Below are positions 55,789-64,000 of a DNA stretch of 64,000 bases, in pieces. Position numbers and translations under genes: made by a program. Every line of letters begins with the position of its first letter. Positions within the stretch are counted from its first letter, which is position 1. The stretch is from Acutalibacteraceae bacterium (GTDB lineage: Bacteria > Bacillota > Clostridia > Oscillospirales > Acutalibacteraceae): assembly GCA_045591985.1 (NCBI GenBank), contig JAZNTV010000077.1, positions 18,166 to 82,165 of the forward strand, written 5' to 3'. The notes beneath the pieces are model-generated. The model ran no database searches and was not told where the DNA came from. It was given only the letters and a program-made list of their open reading frames with translations.

Positions 55789-55966
55789 AATATAAATAGT
55801 GCTAACAGCATCTAAGCAACATATCAGCGGTATCCGGCAACGCCGCAGTCGCCGAAGAAAGATCTTTGCAGACGACTGTGAAAAACCCTTTGCGGAGGGC
55901 GTTGTTCAAAGTATCGCGTTCTCCGTGGAAATCGGGGGATCTAAACCGCAAAGGGGGATGCTTCTT

Positions 55967-57109
55967 ATGGAAGACATTATCAAACTGCAAGACATTGCCG
56001 TATCGTTCGACGGCGAACCTGTGCTGGAGGGCTTGAACCTCAACATTAAAAACGGTGAATTCGTAACGTTACTCGGTCCTTCCGGTTGCGGAAAGACAAC
56101 GACGTTGCGCATCATCGGCGGGTTTGTTACGCCGGATCGCGGTGATGTCTTTTTTCATGGCCGTCGTATCAACGATATTCCGCCCCACAAGCGTGCGCTG
56201 AATACGGTGTTTCAGCGATATGCGTTGTTTCCGCATCTGAATGTGTATGAAAACGTGGCGTTTGGTATGCGGATACAAAAAAAGAAGAAGGCAGAGATCG
56301 ACGAAACCGTGCATCGCATGCTTGCTTTGGTGAACCTGAAAGGGTTTGAAAAGCGTGCGGTATCCACTTTGTCGGGCGGTCAGCAGCAACGTGTGGCGAT
56401 TGCGCGCGCATTGGCGAACAATCCCGGTGTATTGTTACTTGACGAGCCGCTTTCGGCGCTGGATCTTAAATTGCGCAAGGATATGCAGGTGGAACTGAAG
56501 AACATCCAAAAAAGTCTCGGTATCACTTTCGTATATGTCACCCACGACCAGGAAGAGGCGCTTTCGATGTCGGATACGGTGGTCGTGATGGACGGCGGCC
56601 GCATTCAGCAGATCGGCTCGCCGCAGGATATCTACAATGAGCCGCAGAACGCTTTTGTGGCGGACTTTATCGGTGAAAGCAATATCTTAGACGGTGTGAT
56701 GCACGAAGACTATTTGGTGGAGTTTTTCGGTCGTAAGTTCAAGTGTCTCGACAGTGGGTTTGAGCCGATGGAACCGGTGGATGTGGTTATTCGTCCGGAA
56801 GATATTGATATTGTGGATCCGGAAAAGGGCAATCTTGTCGGTACGGTGACCGAAGTGACTTTTAAGGGCGTGCATTTTGAAACGATCGTCGATTTCAAAG
56901 GTTTTAAATGGTTAATTCAAACGACCGATTATTACGCTCCCGACAGTGTGATCGGCATCGTACTCAATCCCGAGGATATTCATATTATGAAGAAATCCGA
57001 ATATTCCGGTATGTTCGGTGACTACAGTTCTTATTCCGAAGAGTTCGAGGAATTGGCCGACCCGAACGCCGGAATAGCGGAAGAGCCGACAGAGGAGGAG
57101 GACCGATGA
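55967..57109 (+). CDS. potA: Spermidine/putrescine ABC transporter ATP-binding protein
   Basis: Start [14 protein letters not shown] after AAGGGGGA (the ORF track start at 55799 is a read-through). Walker A is GPSGCGKTT and the signature is LSGGQQQR. Confidence 0.9.
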   Translation: MEDIIKLQDIAVSFDGEPVLEGLNLNIKNGEFVTLLGPSGCGKTTTLRIIGGFVTPDRGDVFFHGRRINDIPPHKRALNTVFQRYALFPHLNVYENVAFGMRIQKKKKAEIDETVHRMLALVNLKGFEKRAVSTLSGGQQQRVAIARALANNPGVLLLDEPLSALDLKLRKDMQVELKNIQKSLGITFVYVTHDQEEALSMSDTVVVMDGGRIQQIGSPQDIYNEPQNAFVADFIGESNILDGVMHEDYLVEFFGRKFKCLDSGFEPMEPVDVVIRPEDIDIVDPEKGNLVGTVTEVTFKGVHFETIVDFKGFKWLIQTTDYYAPDSVIGIVLNPEDIHIMKKSEYSGMFGDYSSYSEEFEELADPNAGIAEEPTEEEDR

Positions 57110-57924
57110 AAAGCAAAAGCGCTGCTGCTCCCTTCGGGCTGTGGATGCTGATGTTCACCGTCGTGCCGTTGGCTATGGTGCTGTGGTTTGCGTTTACCGA
57201 TGAAAACGGCGCGTTTACCATGGCCAATCTGTTCGCAGTGAAGGATTTTATCCCTACCTTTTGGAAATCCATTTGGATGGGTGCAGTATCTACTCTTCTT
57301 TGTCTGGTTTTAGCGTATCCGCTGGCATACAGTATTTCGCGCACATCTGCCCGCGCACAAACCGTAATGGTGATGCTCGTTATGCTGCCGATGTGGATGA
57401 ACTTTTTGCTTCGCACATATGCCTGGATGTCGCTGCTTGAGGATAAAGGGCTTATCAATCAGATGTTAACGAACATCGGGTTGAAGCCGGTACATATGAT
57501 CAATACCGACGGTGCGGTCATTCTCGGTATGGTGTACAACTTCTTACCGTACATGGTCATTCCGCTGTATTCGGTGATGATCAAGATCGATAATCGCCTG
57601 ATCGAAGCGGCGCAAGATCTCGGTTGCAGCGGTGCGCATATTTTCCGCCGTGTGGTATTGCCGCTCTCGAAACCCGGCATCGTTTCGGGTATCACAATGA
57701 CCTTCGTTCCCGCAGTAAGCACGTTTGTGATAACCAAACTGCTCGGCGGCGGTAAGGATATGCTTATCGGTGACGTGATCGAACTCCTGTTTATGGGCAG
57801 CAGCAAGAACTATAACGTTGGCGCAATGCTCTCTTTGTTGCTCATGGTATTGATGGTTGTATGTATGACCGCGATGCGCTTTGTGGACAACCAAGAGGAT
57901 GAAATGGGGGGGCTGATGGTATGA
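57106..57924 (+). CDS. potB: Spermidine/putrescine ABC transporter permease
   Basis: 272 aa, polytopic. EAA loop [21 protein letters not shown]. Overlaps potA by 4 nt. Confidence 0.85.
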   Translation: MKSKSAAAPFGLWMLMFTVVPLAMVLWFAFTDENGAFTMANLFAVKDFIPTFWKSIWMGAVSTLLCLVLAYPLAYSISRTSARAQTVMVMLVMLPMWMNFLLRTYAWMSLLEDKGLINQMLTNIGLKPVHMINTDGAVILGMVYNFLPYMVIPLYSVMIKIDNRLIEAAQDLGCSGAHIFRRVVLPLSKPGIVSGITMTFVPAVSTFVITKLLGGGKDMLIGDVIELLFMGSSKNYNVGAMLSLLLMVLMVVCMTAMRFVDNQEDEMGGLMV

Positions 57925-58727
57925 AATGGCTCTCTCGTGTATATAACGGTATCATCTTCCTGTTTTTATATTTGCCTATCGTGGTGTTGGTCGTTTTCTC
58001 GTTTAACGATTCCAAAAACCGTGCCCGCTGGGACGGTTTTACCCTCGATTGGTATAAAGATCTGTTCCAAAATGAGCTGATCTTGGAATCACTCAAGGTC
58101 ACCTTAACGGTGGCGGTGCTTGCGGCATTGGCGGCAACCATCATCGGTACGGCGGCGGCTGTTGGCATTCACGGTATGAATCAGCGGATGAAACGGACAT
58201 TCTTGTTTGTGAACAACATTCCGATGGTCAGTCCCGAAATTGTCAGCGGTGTGGCGTTGATGCTGATGTTTGTGTTTATCTATCGGGCAACGGGTTTGCT
58301 TCGTCCCGGTTTTGCCACCTTGTTGATCGCACATATCACTTTCTGCATACCGTATGTTGTGTTACAGGTGATGCCGAAATTGCGCCAAATGAATCGCCAC
58401 ATGTACGAAGCGGCGTTGGATCTCGGCTGTTCGCCCGTCAGCGCCTTTTTACGGGTGGTAATGCCTGAAATTATGCCGGGTGTTGTAACCGGCGCGTTGA
58501 TGGCGTTCACTATTTCGCTCGACGATTTCGTTATCAGTTATTTTAACTCGGGTTCGACGGCACAGACGCTGTCGGTCACCATTTATTCAATGACCAAAAA
58601 GCCGATCACACCCGAAATCAACGCACTGTCTACGTTGATGTTCGGTGCGGTATTGCTTTTGTTGTTACTTGTAAATCTCGGACAGATCCGCGATGACGCC
58701 CGTAAGACAAAGGGCGCGCGGCGATAA
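57921..58727 (+). CDS. potC: Spermidine/putrescine ABC transporter permease
   Basis: 268 aa. EAA loop YEAALDLGCSPVSAFLRVVMP. Overlaps potB by 4 nt. Confidence 0.85.
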   Translation: MKWLSRVYNGIIFLFLYLPIVVLVVFSFNDSKNRARWDGFTLDWYKDLFQNELILESLKVTLTVAVLAALAATIIGTAAAVGIHGMNQRMKRTFLFVNNIPMVSPEIVSGVALMLMFVFIYRATGLLRPGFATLLIAHITFCIPYVVLQVMPKLRQMNRHMYEAALDLGCSPVSAFLRVVMPEIMPGVVTGALMAFTISLDDFVISYFNSGSTAQTLSVTIYSMTKKPITPEINALSTLMFGAVLLLLLLVNLGQIRDDARKTKGARR

Positions 58728-58746
58728 GAAAGGACGGCATACGCAA

Positions 58747-59811
58747 TTGAAAAGACTGGCACTGTTTCTGATTGTGGCACTGTTGTTGCCGTTCGTATTG
58801 TGCGGATGCTCGAAAGAGACAAAGAACACCTTAAACGTTTTCAACTGGGGCGAGTATATCGACGACGAGATTTTGGATGTTAACCGTGCGTTTGAAGAAG
58901 CCACCGGCATTAAAGTGAATTATAAAACGTTCGATTCCAATGAATCGATGTATACACTTATCAGCACGGGGGCGGCAGATTACGATGTGATCTTTCCTTC
59001 GGATTATATGGTCGGCCGCATGATCGACGAAGGGTTGCTTGCCGAACTGAATTTTGAGAACATCCCCAACTACCAATATATCGATGATAAGTACAAAGGG
59101 ATGGTGTATGATCCCGAAAACCGTTATTCCGTGCCGTATATGTGGGGAACCGTCGGTATCTTTTACAACACAAAGTATGTGTCACGCGAAGAGGTTGAAT
59201 CGCAGGGATGGGGAATTCTCTGGAACAAGAAATACCAAGACAAAATCTATATGTTTGATAATCCGCGCGATGCCTTTGCCGTTGCCGAAGCGTATCTCGG
59301 CTATTCGCTCAACACGACAAATGAAACCGAAATACGGGCGGCATATGATAAGTTGATCGAGCAAAAAGAACTGCTCCAAGGGTATTATATGGATCAGATC
59401 TTCCAAAAAATGATCAACGAGGAAGGCTGGATCGCTCCGTATTACGCGGGCGACGGCAGTGTAATGATGGATCCTGACGAAGGAAACACCGATATCGCGT
59501 TTTATGCACCACCCGGCACCAATATGTTTGTGGATGCTATGTGTGTACTGAAAAATTCGGATATGAAGGCGGAAGCCGAGGCATACATCAATTTCTTGTG
59601 CAGTACGGAGGCGGCCTTGGCCAACGCGGAATACATCGGGTATTCCACGCCGCATACCGAGGTGCTGGCGTTGCTGGATCCGGAATTGGCGGAAGATCCG
59701 ATGTATTATCCCGACGCGGCCTTCTTGAAGACGACGGAAGTGTTTATCACGCTACCCGATAAGACGAACAAGCTGATGAATGAGTTGTGGATCAAATTGA
59801 AGATCCATTAA
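58747..59811 (+). CDS. potD: Spermidine/putrescine ABC substrate-binding lipoprotein
   Basis: Lipobox FVLCGC. Family block LNVFNWGEYIDDEIL. Start is uncertain: TTG at 58747 is chosen here, while the ORF track gives 58693, overlapping potC. Confidence 0.8.
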   Translation: MKRLALFLIVALLLPFVLCGCSKETKNTLNVFNWGEYIDDEILDVNRAFEEATGIKVNYKTFDSNESMYTLISTGAADYDVIFPSDYMVGRMIDEGLLAELNFENIPNYQYIDDKYKGMVYDPENRYSVPYMWGTVGIFYNTKYVSREEVESQGWGILWNKKYQDKIYMFDNPRDAFAVAEAYLGYSLNTTNETEIRAAYDKLIEQKELLQGYYMDQIFQKMINEEGWIAPYYAGDGSVMMDPDEGNTDIAFYAPPGTNMFVDAMCVLKNSDMKAEAEAYINFLCSTEAALANAEYIGYSTPHTEVLALLDPELAEDPMYYPDAAFLKTTEVFITLPDKTNKLMNELWIKLKIH

Positions 59812-59824
59812 GAGGTGTTGTGTT

Positions 59825-60613
59825 ATGAGCAAACTGCCTTTGTGGGAGACCGTTCCGGGATTTTGTGAAGAAACACCCGCCATCCTTCCGTACGTTCCCG
59901 CTGAAAAGAAGAGCGATGCCGCCGTGGTGATCTTTCCCGGCGGCGGTTACAGCGGTCGTGCCGCCGATCATGAAGGAGATCAGTTTGCACGGTTTTTCAA
60001 CGAGGCGGGGATTACAGCCTTTGTGGTGGAGTATCGTGTATATCCTCATCATTTTCCGTCGCCGATGCTGGATGGTCGCCGTGCTGTGCGTTTTGTGCGT
60101 GCTCATGCGGCGGAATTCGGTATTGCAACCAATAAGATCGCGGTGATGGGTTCTTCGGCCGGCGGTCATTTGGCAGCGACAGTGGCCACCTATCAAGGCG
60201 AAGAACCACGAGATACACTCGATGCCGTAGACGGCGAAAACGGGGTTCCGAATGCACAGATCTTGTGTTATCCCGTAATCTGTGCGCCTGCAGAGGATGG
60301 TGTAGCACACGTGGGGAGTTATGAAAATCTCCTTGGTAATGCCCCGTATGTTACGGCGGAGGCGGTAGATCCTTCAAAAAACGTGACCGATTCGACACCG
60401 CCTGCTTTCATCTGGCACACAGCGGATGACGATGTGGTTAATGTAATCAACAGTTATACATATGCCACGGCATTGCGTAACCGTAATGTGTCGCTTGAAA
60501 TGCACATCTATCCGCACGGTTCCCACGGATTGGGGCTCGGTGCAGGCGAACCGTATGTACGCCCGTGGGCTGACAACTTGCTTCGTTGGTTCGGCTGGCT
60601 TGGCTGGTTATAA
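59825..60613 (+). CDS. Alpha/beta hydrolase (acetyl-esterase-like), no signal peptide
   Basis: 262 aa. Oxyanion region VVIFPGGGY and nucleophile elbow GSSAGGH. Confidence 0.75.
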   Translation: MSKLPLWETVPGFCEETPAILPYVPAEKKSDAAVVIFPGGGYSGRAADHEGDQFARFFNEAGITAFVVEYRVYPHHFPSPMLDGRRAVRFVRAHAAEFGIATNKIAVMGSSAGGHLAATVATYQGEEPRDTLDAVDGENGVPNAQILCYPVICAPAEDGVAHVGSYENLLGNAPYVTAEAVDPSKNVTDSTPPAFIWHTADDDVVNVINSYTYATALRNRNVSLEMHIYPHGSHGLGLGAGEPYVRPWADNLLRWFGWLGWL

Positions 60614-60614
60614 A

Positions 60615-60673
60615 ACAAAAAACACAGCATTGTGTGACATCCCTATGAGAAGTTTCACAATGCTGTGTTTTTA
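60615..60673. terminator. Bidirectional intrinsic terminator (esterase / araC-family gene)
   Basis: 14-bp stem aacacagcattgtg...cacaatgctgtgtt flanked by A and T runs. Confidence 0.6.
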
Positions 60674-61402
60674 TTTAACGACCGAACGAATGGCATGAGC
60701 AAGGGTGGAGGCATCGGCATAACCGCACAGTTCGGCGGCTTGCATTTGCGTGTGTGTGCCGCCTCGTAACAAGGATAGCGCAATATTTACCCGATGGCTT
60801 TTGATATATTGATAGGGTGTGGCACCGGTATATCGCTTGAATTTACGAATGAATACGTTGGTTTCAAGATGATAGCGAGCGGCCAGGTCTTTGACGGATA
60901 ATTTTTCGGCATAATGTTTGTGGATATATTCCACTGCGTCTTCTACGTCGCGATCGCCAATAGCAGAAAGGCCGAATTCATCGCGAATCAGTGTCAGTAA
61001 TCCTTCTAAATACCGAGTTGTCAGTGCACGATAGTGGTTGTCGCTTGTGAAAAACGGATGTTGTTCCGCAAGAAGCGCTAAAGGCGAAAAAGCGGCCGAC
61101 AACAGCGGGTAATCGTTGAGCGATACGGCCAGCACTTCGTTGTGATATAAAGCAGGGGAGGCGATGAAATCAAAATACGTATGATCCACACACGTGGATT
61201 CATCGGTGTAGGGGCGAAACGCTAAGTTTTGCGGATACAGATACAATATGTGCGGTTTCATCGTCATTTCGCGTCCATTTACATTACACAGTATCGTGCC
61301 GCTGTGGATGTAATGTAAACGACATACGCCGCCGCGCGGAGCAATATACCACTCGCGCCCCATGGTTTGTCTGCCGTAAGTTAAAAAGGATATTTGGCGC
61401 AT
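60671..61402 (-). CDS. AraC family transcriptional regulator (cupin sensor plus HTH)
   Basis: 243 aa. C-terminal double HTH FKRYTGATPYQYIKSHRVNIALSLL...AAELCGYADASTLAHAIR. Confidence 0.85.
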   Translation of the reverse strand: MRQISFLTYGRQTMGREWYIAPRGGVCRLHYIHSGTILCNVNGREMTMKPHILYLYPQNLAFRPYTDESTCVDHTYFDFIASPALYHNEVLAVSLNDYPLLSAAFSPLALLAEQHPFFTSDNHYRALTTRYLEGLLTLIRDEFGLSAIGDRDVEDAVEYIHKHYAEKLSVKDLAARYHLETNVFIRKFKRYTGATPYQYIKSHRVNIALSLLRGGTHTQMQAAELCGYADASTLAHAIRSVVK

Positions 61403-61575
61403 AATTCTCTCCTCATACTATTTCTAACAACAAGTATAGCAAACACTTTGCGATTAGTCAACGTATTCTATACAACGAAGTCGATTTTGAACAATAAATG
61501 GGTTTCTTTTTACCATTGCGTTTTCTGAAGATGCACAGTACCATAAAAGGGTAATCTAAAAAGGGGGCAGAAACC

Positions 61576-62538
61576 ATGGATAACAAACAGTGGTTTAAAG
61601 AGGCACAGTTCGGTATGATGATCCATTTCGGTCTGTATTCGTTGCTCGGCGGCGAATGGAAAGGCGAGTGTATGGAGCCGATTGCCGAATGGGCGCAATC
61701 GTATTTCCGTATTCCGAACAAAGAATACCATCGTCTGGCAGAAGCATTTAATCCCATCTATTTTGATGCAGAAGAATGGGTGAAGATCGCGAAAGAAGCA
61801 GGGATGAAATATTTTGTTGTGACCTCGAAGCATCACGAAGGATTTGCCCTGTTTAAGTCCGAGGCGGATTCGTTTAATGTGGTAGATGCCACGCCATTTG
61901 GCCGTGATATCATTGCGGAATTGGCTGAGGCGTGTCGAAAGCACGATATGAAGTTCGGCCTTTATTATTCGCAGGCGATCGATTGGGCGCATCCCGATGC
62001 GATTTGTTACGACGGCTCGAAAAATCTGGATGTGATGTCTTGGGGCAACGATTGGGATTTCCCGGATGCTTCGGTAAAGGATTATCGCCGTTGTTTTGAA
62101 GAGAAGATCCGTCCGCAGGTAAAGGAGATCTTGACGAAATACGGCGATCTGTGCCTTATTTGGTTCGATTGCCCCGCAGGTTTGCCTACCGAGTACAGCC
62201 AAGAACTCTACGACATGGTGAAACAGTATCAGCCGAACTGCCTTATCAACTCGCGCATCGGTGTCGGTCAGTGCGATTATGGTTCGGCCGGTGATAACGA
62301 GATCCCCGACGATGACAAAGGTTGCGAGTTGTTTGAAACGCCCGCGACGTTAAACGATACGTGGGGTTTTAAGCCTGTCGACCAGAATTGGAAATCGGCG
62401 GATGAGGTGCTTCGTTTGAAAGAACATCTGAACGATCGCGGTATCAACTATCTTTTGAATGTCGGCCCGGATGCACTCGGTCGTTTCCCGGCAAAGTCGG
62501 TAGAGATCCTGCGTGAAGTCGGTCGTCGCAGCAAATAA
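61576..62538 (+). CDS. Alpha-L-fucosidase (GH29), catalytic domain only
   Basis: 320 aa. Blocks WFKEAQFGMMIHFGLYS, YFVVTSKHHEGFALF and LIWFDC. No signal peptide. Confidence 0.8.
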   Translation: MDNKQWFKEAQFGMMIHFGLYSLLGGEWKGECMEPIAEWAQSYFRIPNKEYHRLAEAFNPIYFDAEEWVKIAKEAGMKYFVVTSKHHEGFALFKSEADSFNVVDATPFGRDIIAELAEACRKHDMKFGLYYSQAIDWAHPDAICYDGSKNLDVMSWGNDWDFPDASVKDYRRCFEEKIRPQVKEILTKYGDLCLIWFDCPAGLPTEYSQELYDMVKQYQPNCLINSRIGVGQCDYGSAGDNEIPDDDKGCELFETPATLNDTWGFKPVDQNWKSADEVLRLKEHLNDRGINYLLNVGPDALGRFPAKSVEILREVGRRSK

Positions 62539-62539
62539 G

Positions 62540-62581
62540 AAAAAAAGACAAGCAGTTCAATAAAAACTGCTTGTCTTTTTT
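62540..62581. terminator. Bidirectional intrinsic terminator
   Basis: Stem aaaaaaagacaagcagtt...aactgcttgtctttttt. Confidence 0.65.
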
Positions 62582-62584
62582 GGT

Positions 62585-64000
62585 TCATTCTTCTCCGAAA
62601 CATTCAGGGGAGCGCATCATATTGGGTGCGGTAATCAAACCGGCTGCTCCGCAGAAACCGCAGTTGGCAACCGATGCATCCGCTACCTTAACAGTGGGAC
62701 TGTATTGCAGAAAACCCGCAAGGTTCAGTTGGGCATTTGCCCCTACGCGGGAGAGTTGCACTTCGTCAACGTAGGTGTTTCCCATCGTGACACCGCAACC
62801 GGAGTTGATGTTGGTCACGTTCACGGTACCACCGTCCACCCAGAAGATGACATGCGGCTGTGTCCACGGTTCGATATTCGCCACGTCGAGCACACCCTTA
62901 AAGGTGTCGCGGGTGCGAATGGCGGCGATCTCGGTCACGGGGGTGAAGGTGTAATTCTTATAGGCAAACGGCGTCATTTGCGTGTTCAGCATAACGATGC
63001 GCTTGCCGCCGTGTACGTCCACGGGTTGGGTAACGTAATCCGCCGCGAAACCGATGGTGACGGCGGTGGTGTCGTCGCCCGCGATCTTCAGCGCTTTGGC
63101 GCTGCCGTAGGTGAAGCACCCGAACACCATCTCATCCTGTACGTTGTTCAGCACAAAGGTGTAGCATTCGTGTTGCAGATGCTCGAAGAAGTGCATTGCT
63201 ACCATGCCGCGGAAATTCAGATCCTGCGGCCAGCCGTAGCCGCGCATCAGCGGTTGCAGATTGAACTGCGCATCGCGAATGATGCCGTCTCGACTGTTCA
63301 TCACCACCGCACCGCGGTTCATATACAGACCGGACAGGCCGTCGATGTAGTGACGGTCGCACCCGTCAAACAGCACACCGTTGTAGGTGTTAAAGGATGA
63401 CACGTTAACGGCATACACGTCGGGGGCATCTTTGGCATAGATGTTGTAATCGAAGGGGATGAGTTTGCCCGTCTCGTCCGCGTTTTTGGCGGTTTGCGCA
63501 GGATTGCAGAAAGTGACACCGCGAATACCCGCGTGGGCAGACAATTCAAACGCATGACCGTAGAAGTCCACGTCGATCACCGTGCCGATATTATAGGGTA
63601 ACTGTGCGAAGTTGGCCGCACCGCACACTTCGGTGTCGGCGGGAACATAGACTGTGTTCAACAGCAGATAATGGCCCGTCGGCAGGAAGAGCGTGCCGCC
63701 CGTTTCACCGACTTTTTTAAGGCAGGCATTCAATGCGGCGGAAGCGTCTGCTTGACCCGACGTGTCAAGAGTGACCCCCAATTCGTTTGCCAGTGCATCG
63801 GCCGTGAAGGCGTTGCGGCAGGCGGGCGCTTTTATCTGCATTTTTGCCTGTTCGATTTGTTTTTGATTCAAACGATAAGAGACAGCGTGCGGCACGATAT
63901 CCGCCGTGAATTGATACACGACATCTTCACCGTTAACGGCGATATGGTGTTGGGCAAGACCGCTGTTGCCCGCAAAATTGGCGTTAACTTTACCTTCTAA
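62585..64000 (-). CDS. Single-module beta-helix protein homologous to module 2 of the four dockerin paralogues; no dockerin; N-terminus lies outside the window
   Basis: The frame stays open to base 64000 (no stop upstream of the GTG at 63919). Motifs GGTLFLPTGHY, IRGVTFCNPAQ, DVYAVNVS and CDRHYIDGLSGLYMNRGAVV align with the array proteins. Confidence 0.75.
   Translation of the reverse strand, partial: LEGKVNANFAGNSGLAQHHIAVNGEDVVYQFTADIVPHAVSYRLNQKQIEQAKMQIKAPACRNAFTADALANELGVTLDTSGQADASAALNACLKKVGETGGTLFLPTGHYLLLNTVYVPADTEVCGAANFAQLPYNIGTVIDVDFYGHAFELSAHAGIRGVTFCNPAQTAKNADETGKLIPFDYNIYAKDAPDVYAVNVSSFNTYNGVLFDGCDRHYIDGLSGLYMNRGAVVMNSRDGIIRDAQFNLQPLMRGYGWPQDLNFRGMVAMHFFEHLQHECYTFVLNNVQDEMVFGCFTYGSAKALKIAGDDTTAVTIGFAADYVTQPVDVHGGKRIVMLNTQMTPFAYKNYTFTPVTEIAAIRTRDTFKGVLDVANIEPWTQPHVIFWVDGGTVNVTNINSGCGVTMGNTYVDEVQLSRVGANAQLNLAGFLQYSPTVKVADASVANCGFCGAAGLITAPNMMRSPECFGEE

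Overview
This is a chromosomal segment that looks like a spore-forming Clostridia genome, probably Oscillospiraceae/Ruminococcaceae-like. That assignment is inferred from gene content only: the ylxM-ffh-rpsP-khpA-rimM-trmD cluster, scpAB, ytfJ/gerW, a GerA-family gene and dockerin modules. Most of the window is housekeeping. It holds a minus-strand maltodextrin cluster (malQ, glgP, a MalEFG-like ABC transporter), PadR and ECF-sigma regulatory pairs, the SRP/ribosome-maturation cluster, ptsH and rpmB. It also holds scpAB, sporulation genes, two DacB-type carboxypeptidases, rluB, thyX-tmk, two tandem mltG paralogues and a U32 peptidase. The remainder is a class B PBP, a COG0523 metallochaperone pair, potABCD and a small glycan-utilisation cluster (esterase, AraC regulator, GH29 fucosidase). 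The outstanding feature is a 17.7-kb array at 24.6-42.3 kb, wedged between rluB and thyX. It consists of four tandem, independently transcribed paralogues of about 1400 aa. Each has a signal peptide, an unassigned N-terminal module, two homologous pectate-lyase-superfamily (right-handed beta-helix) modules, an unassigned lectin-like C-terminal module and a C-terminal dockerin. A fifth, single-module relative without a dockerin runs off the right edge next to the fucosidase. I could not place this family in a characterised enzyme family from sequence alone. I saw no rRNA, tRNA, CRISPR array, transposase, integrase or phage genes. All promoter, terminator and start-codon refinements come from reading the sequence by eye and are not computed.
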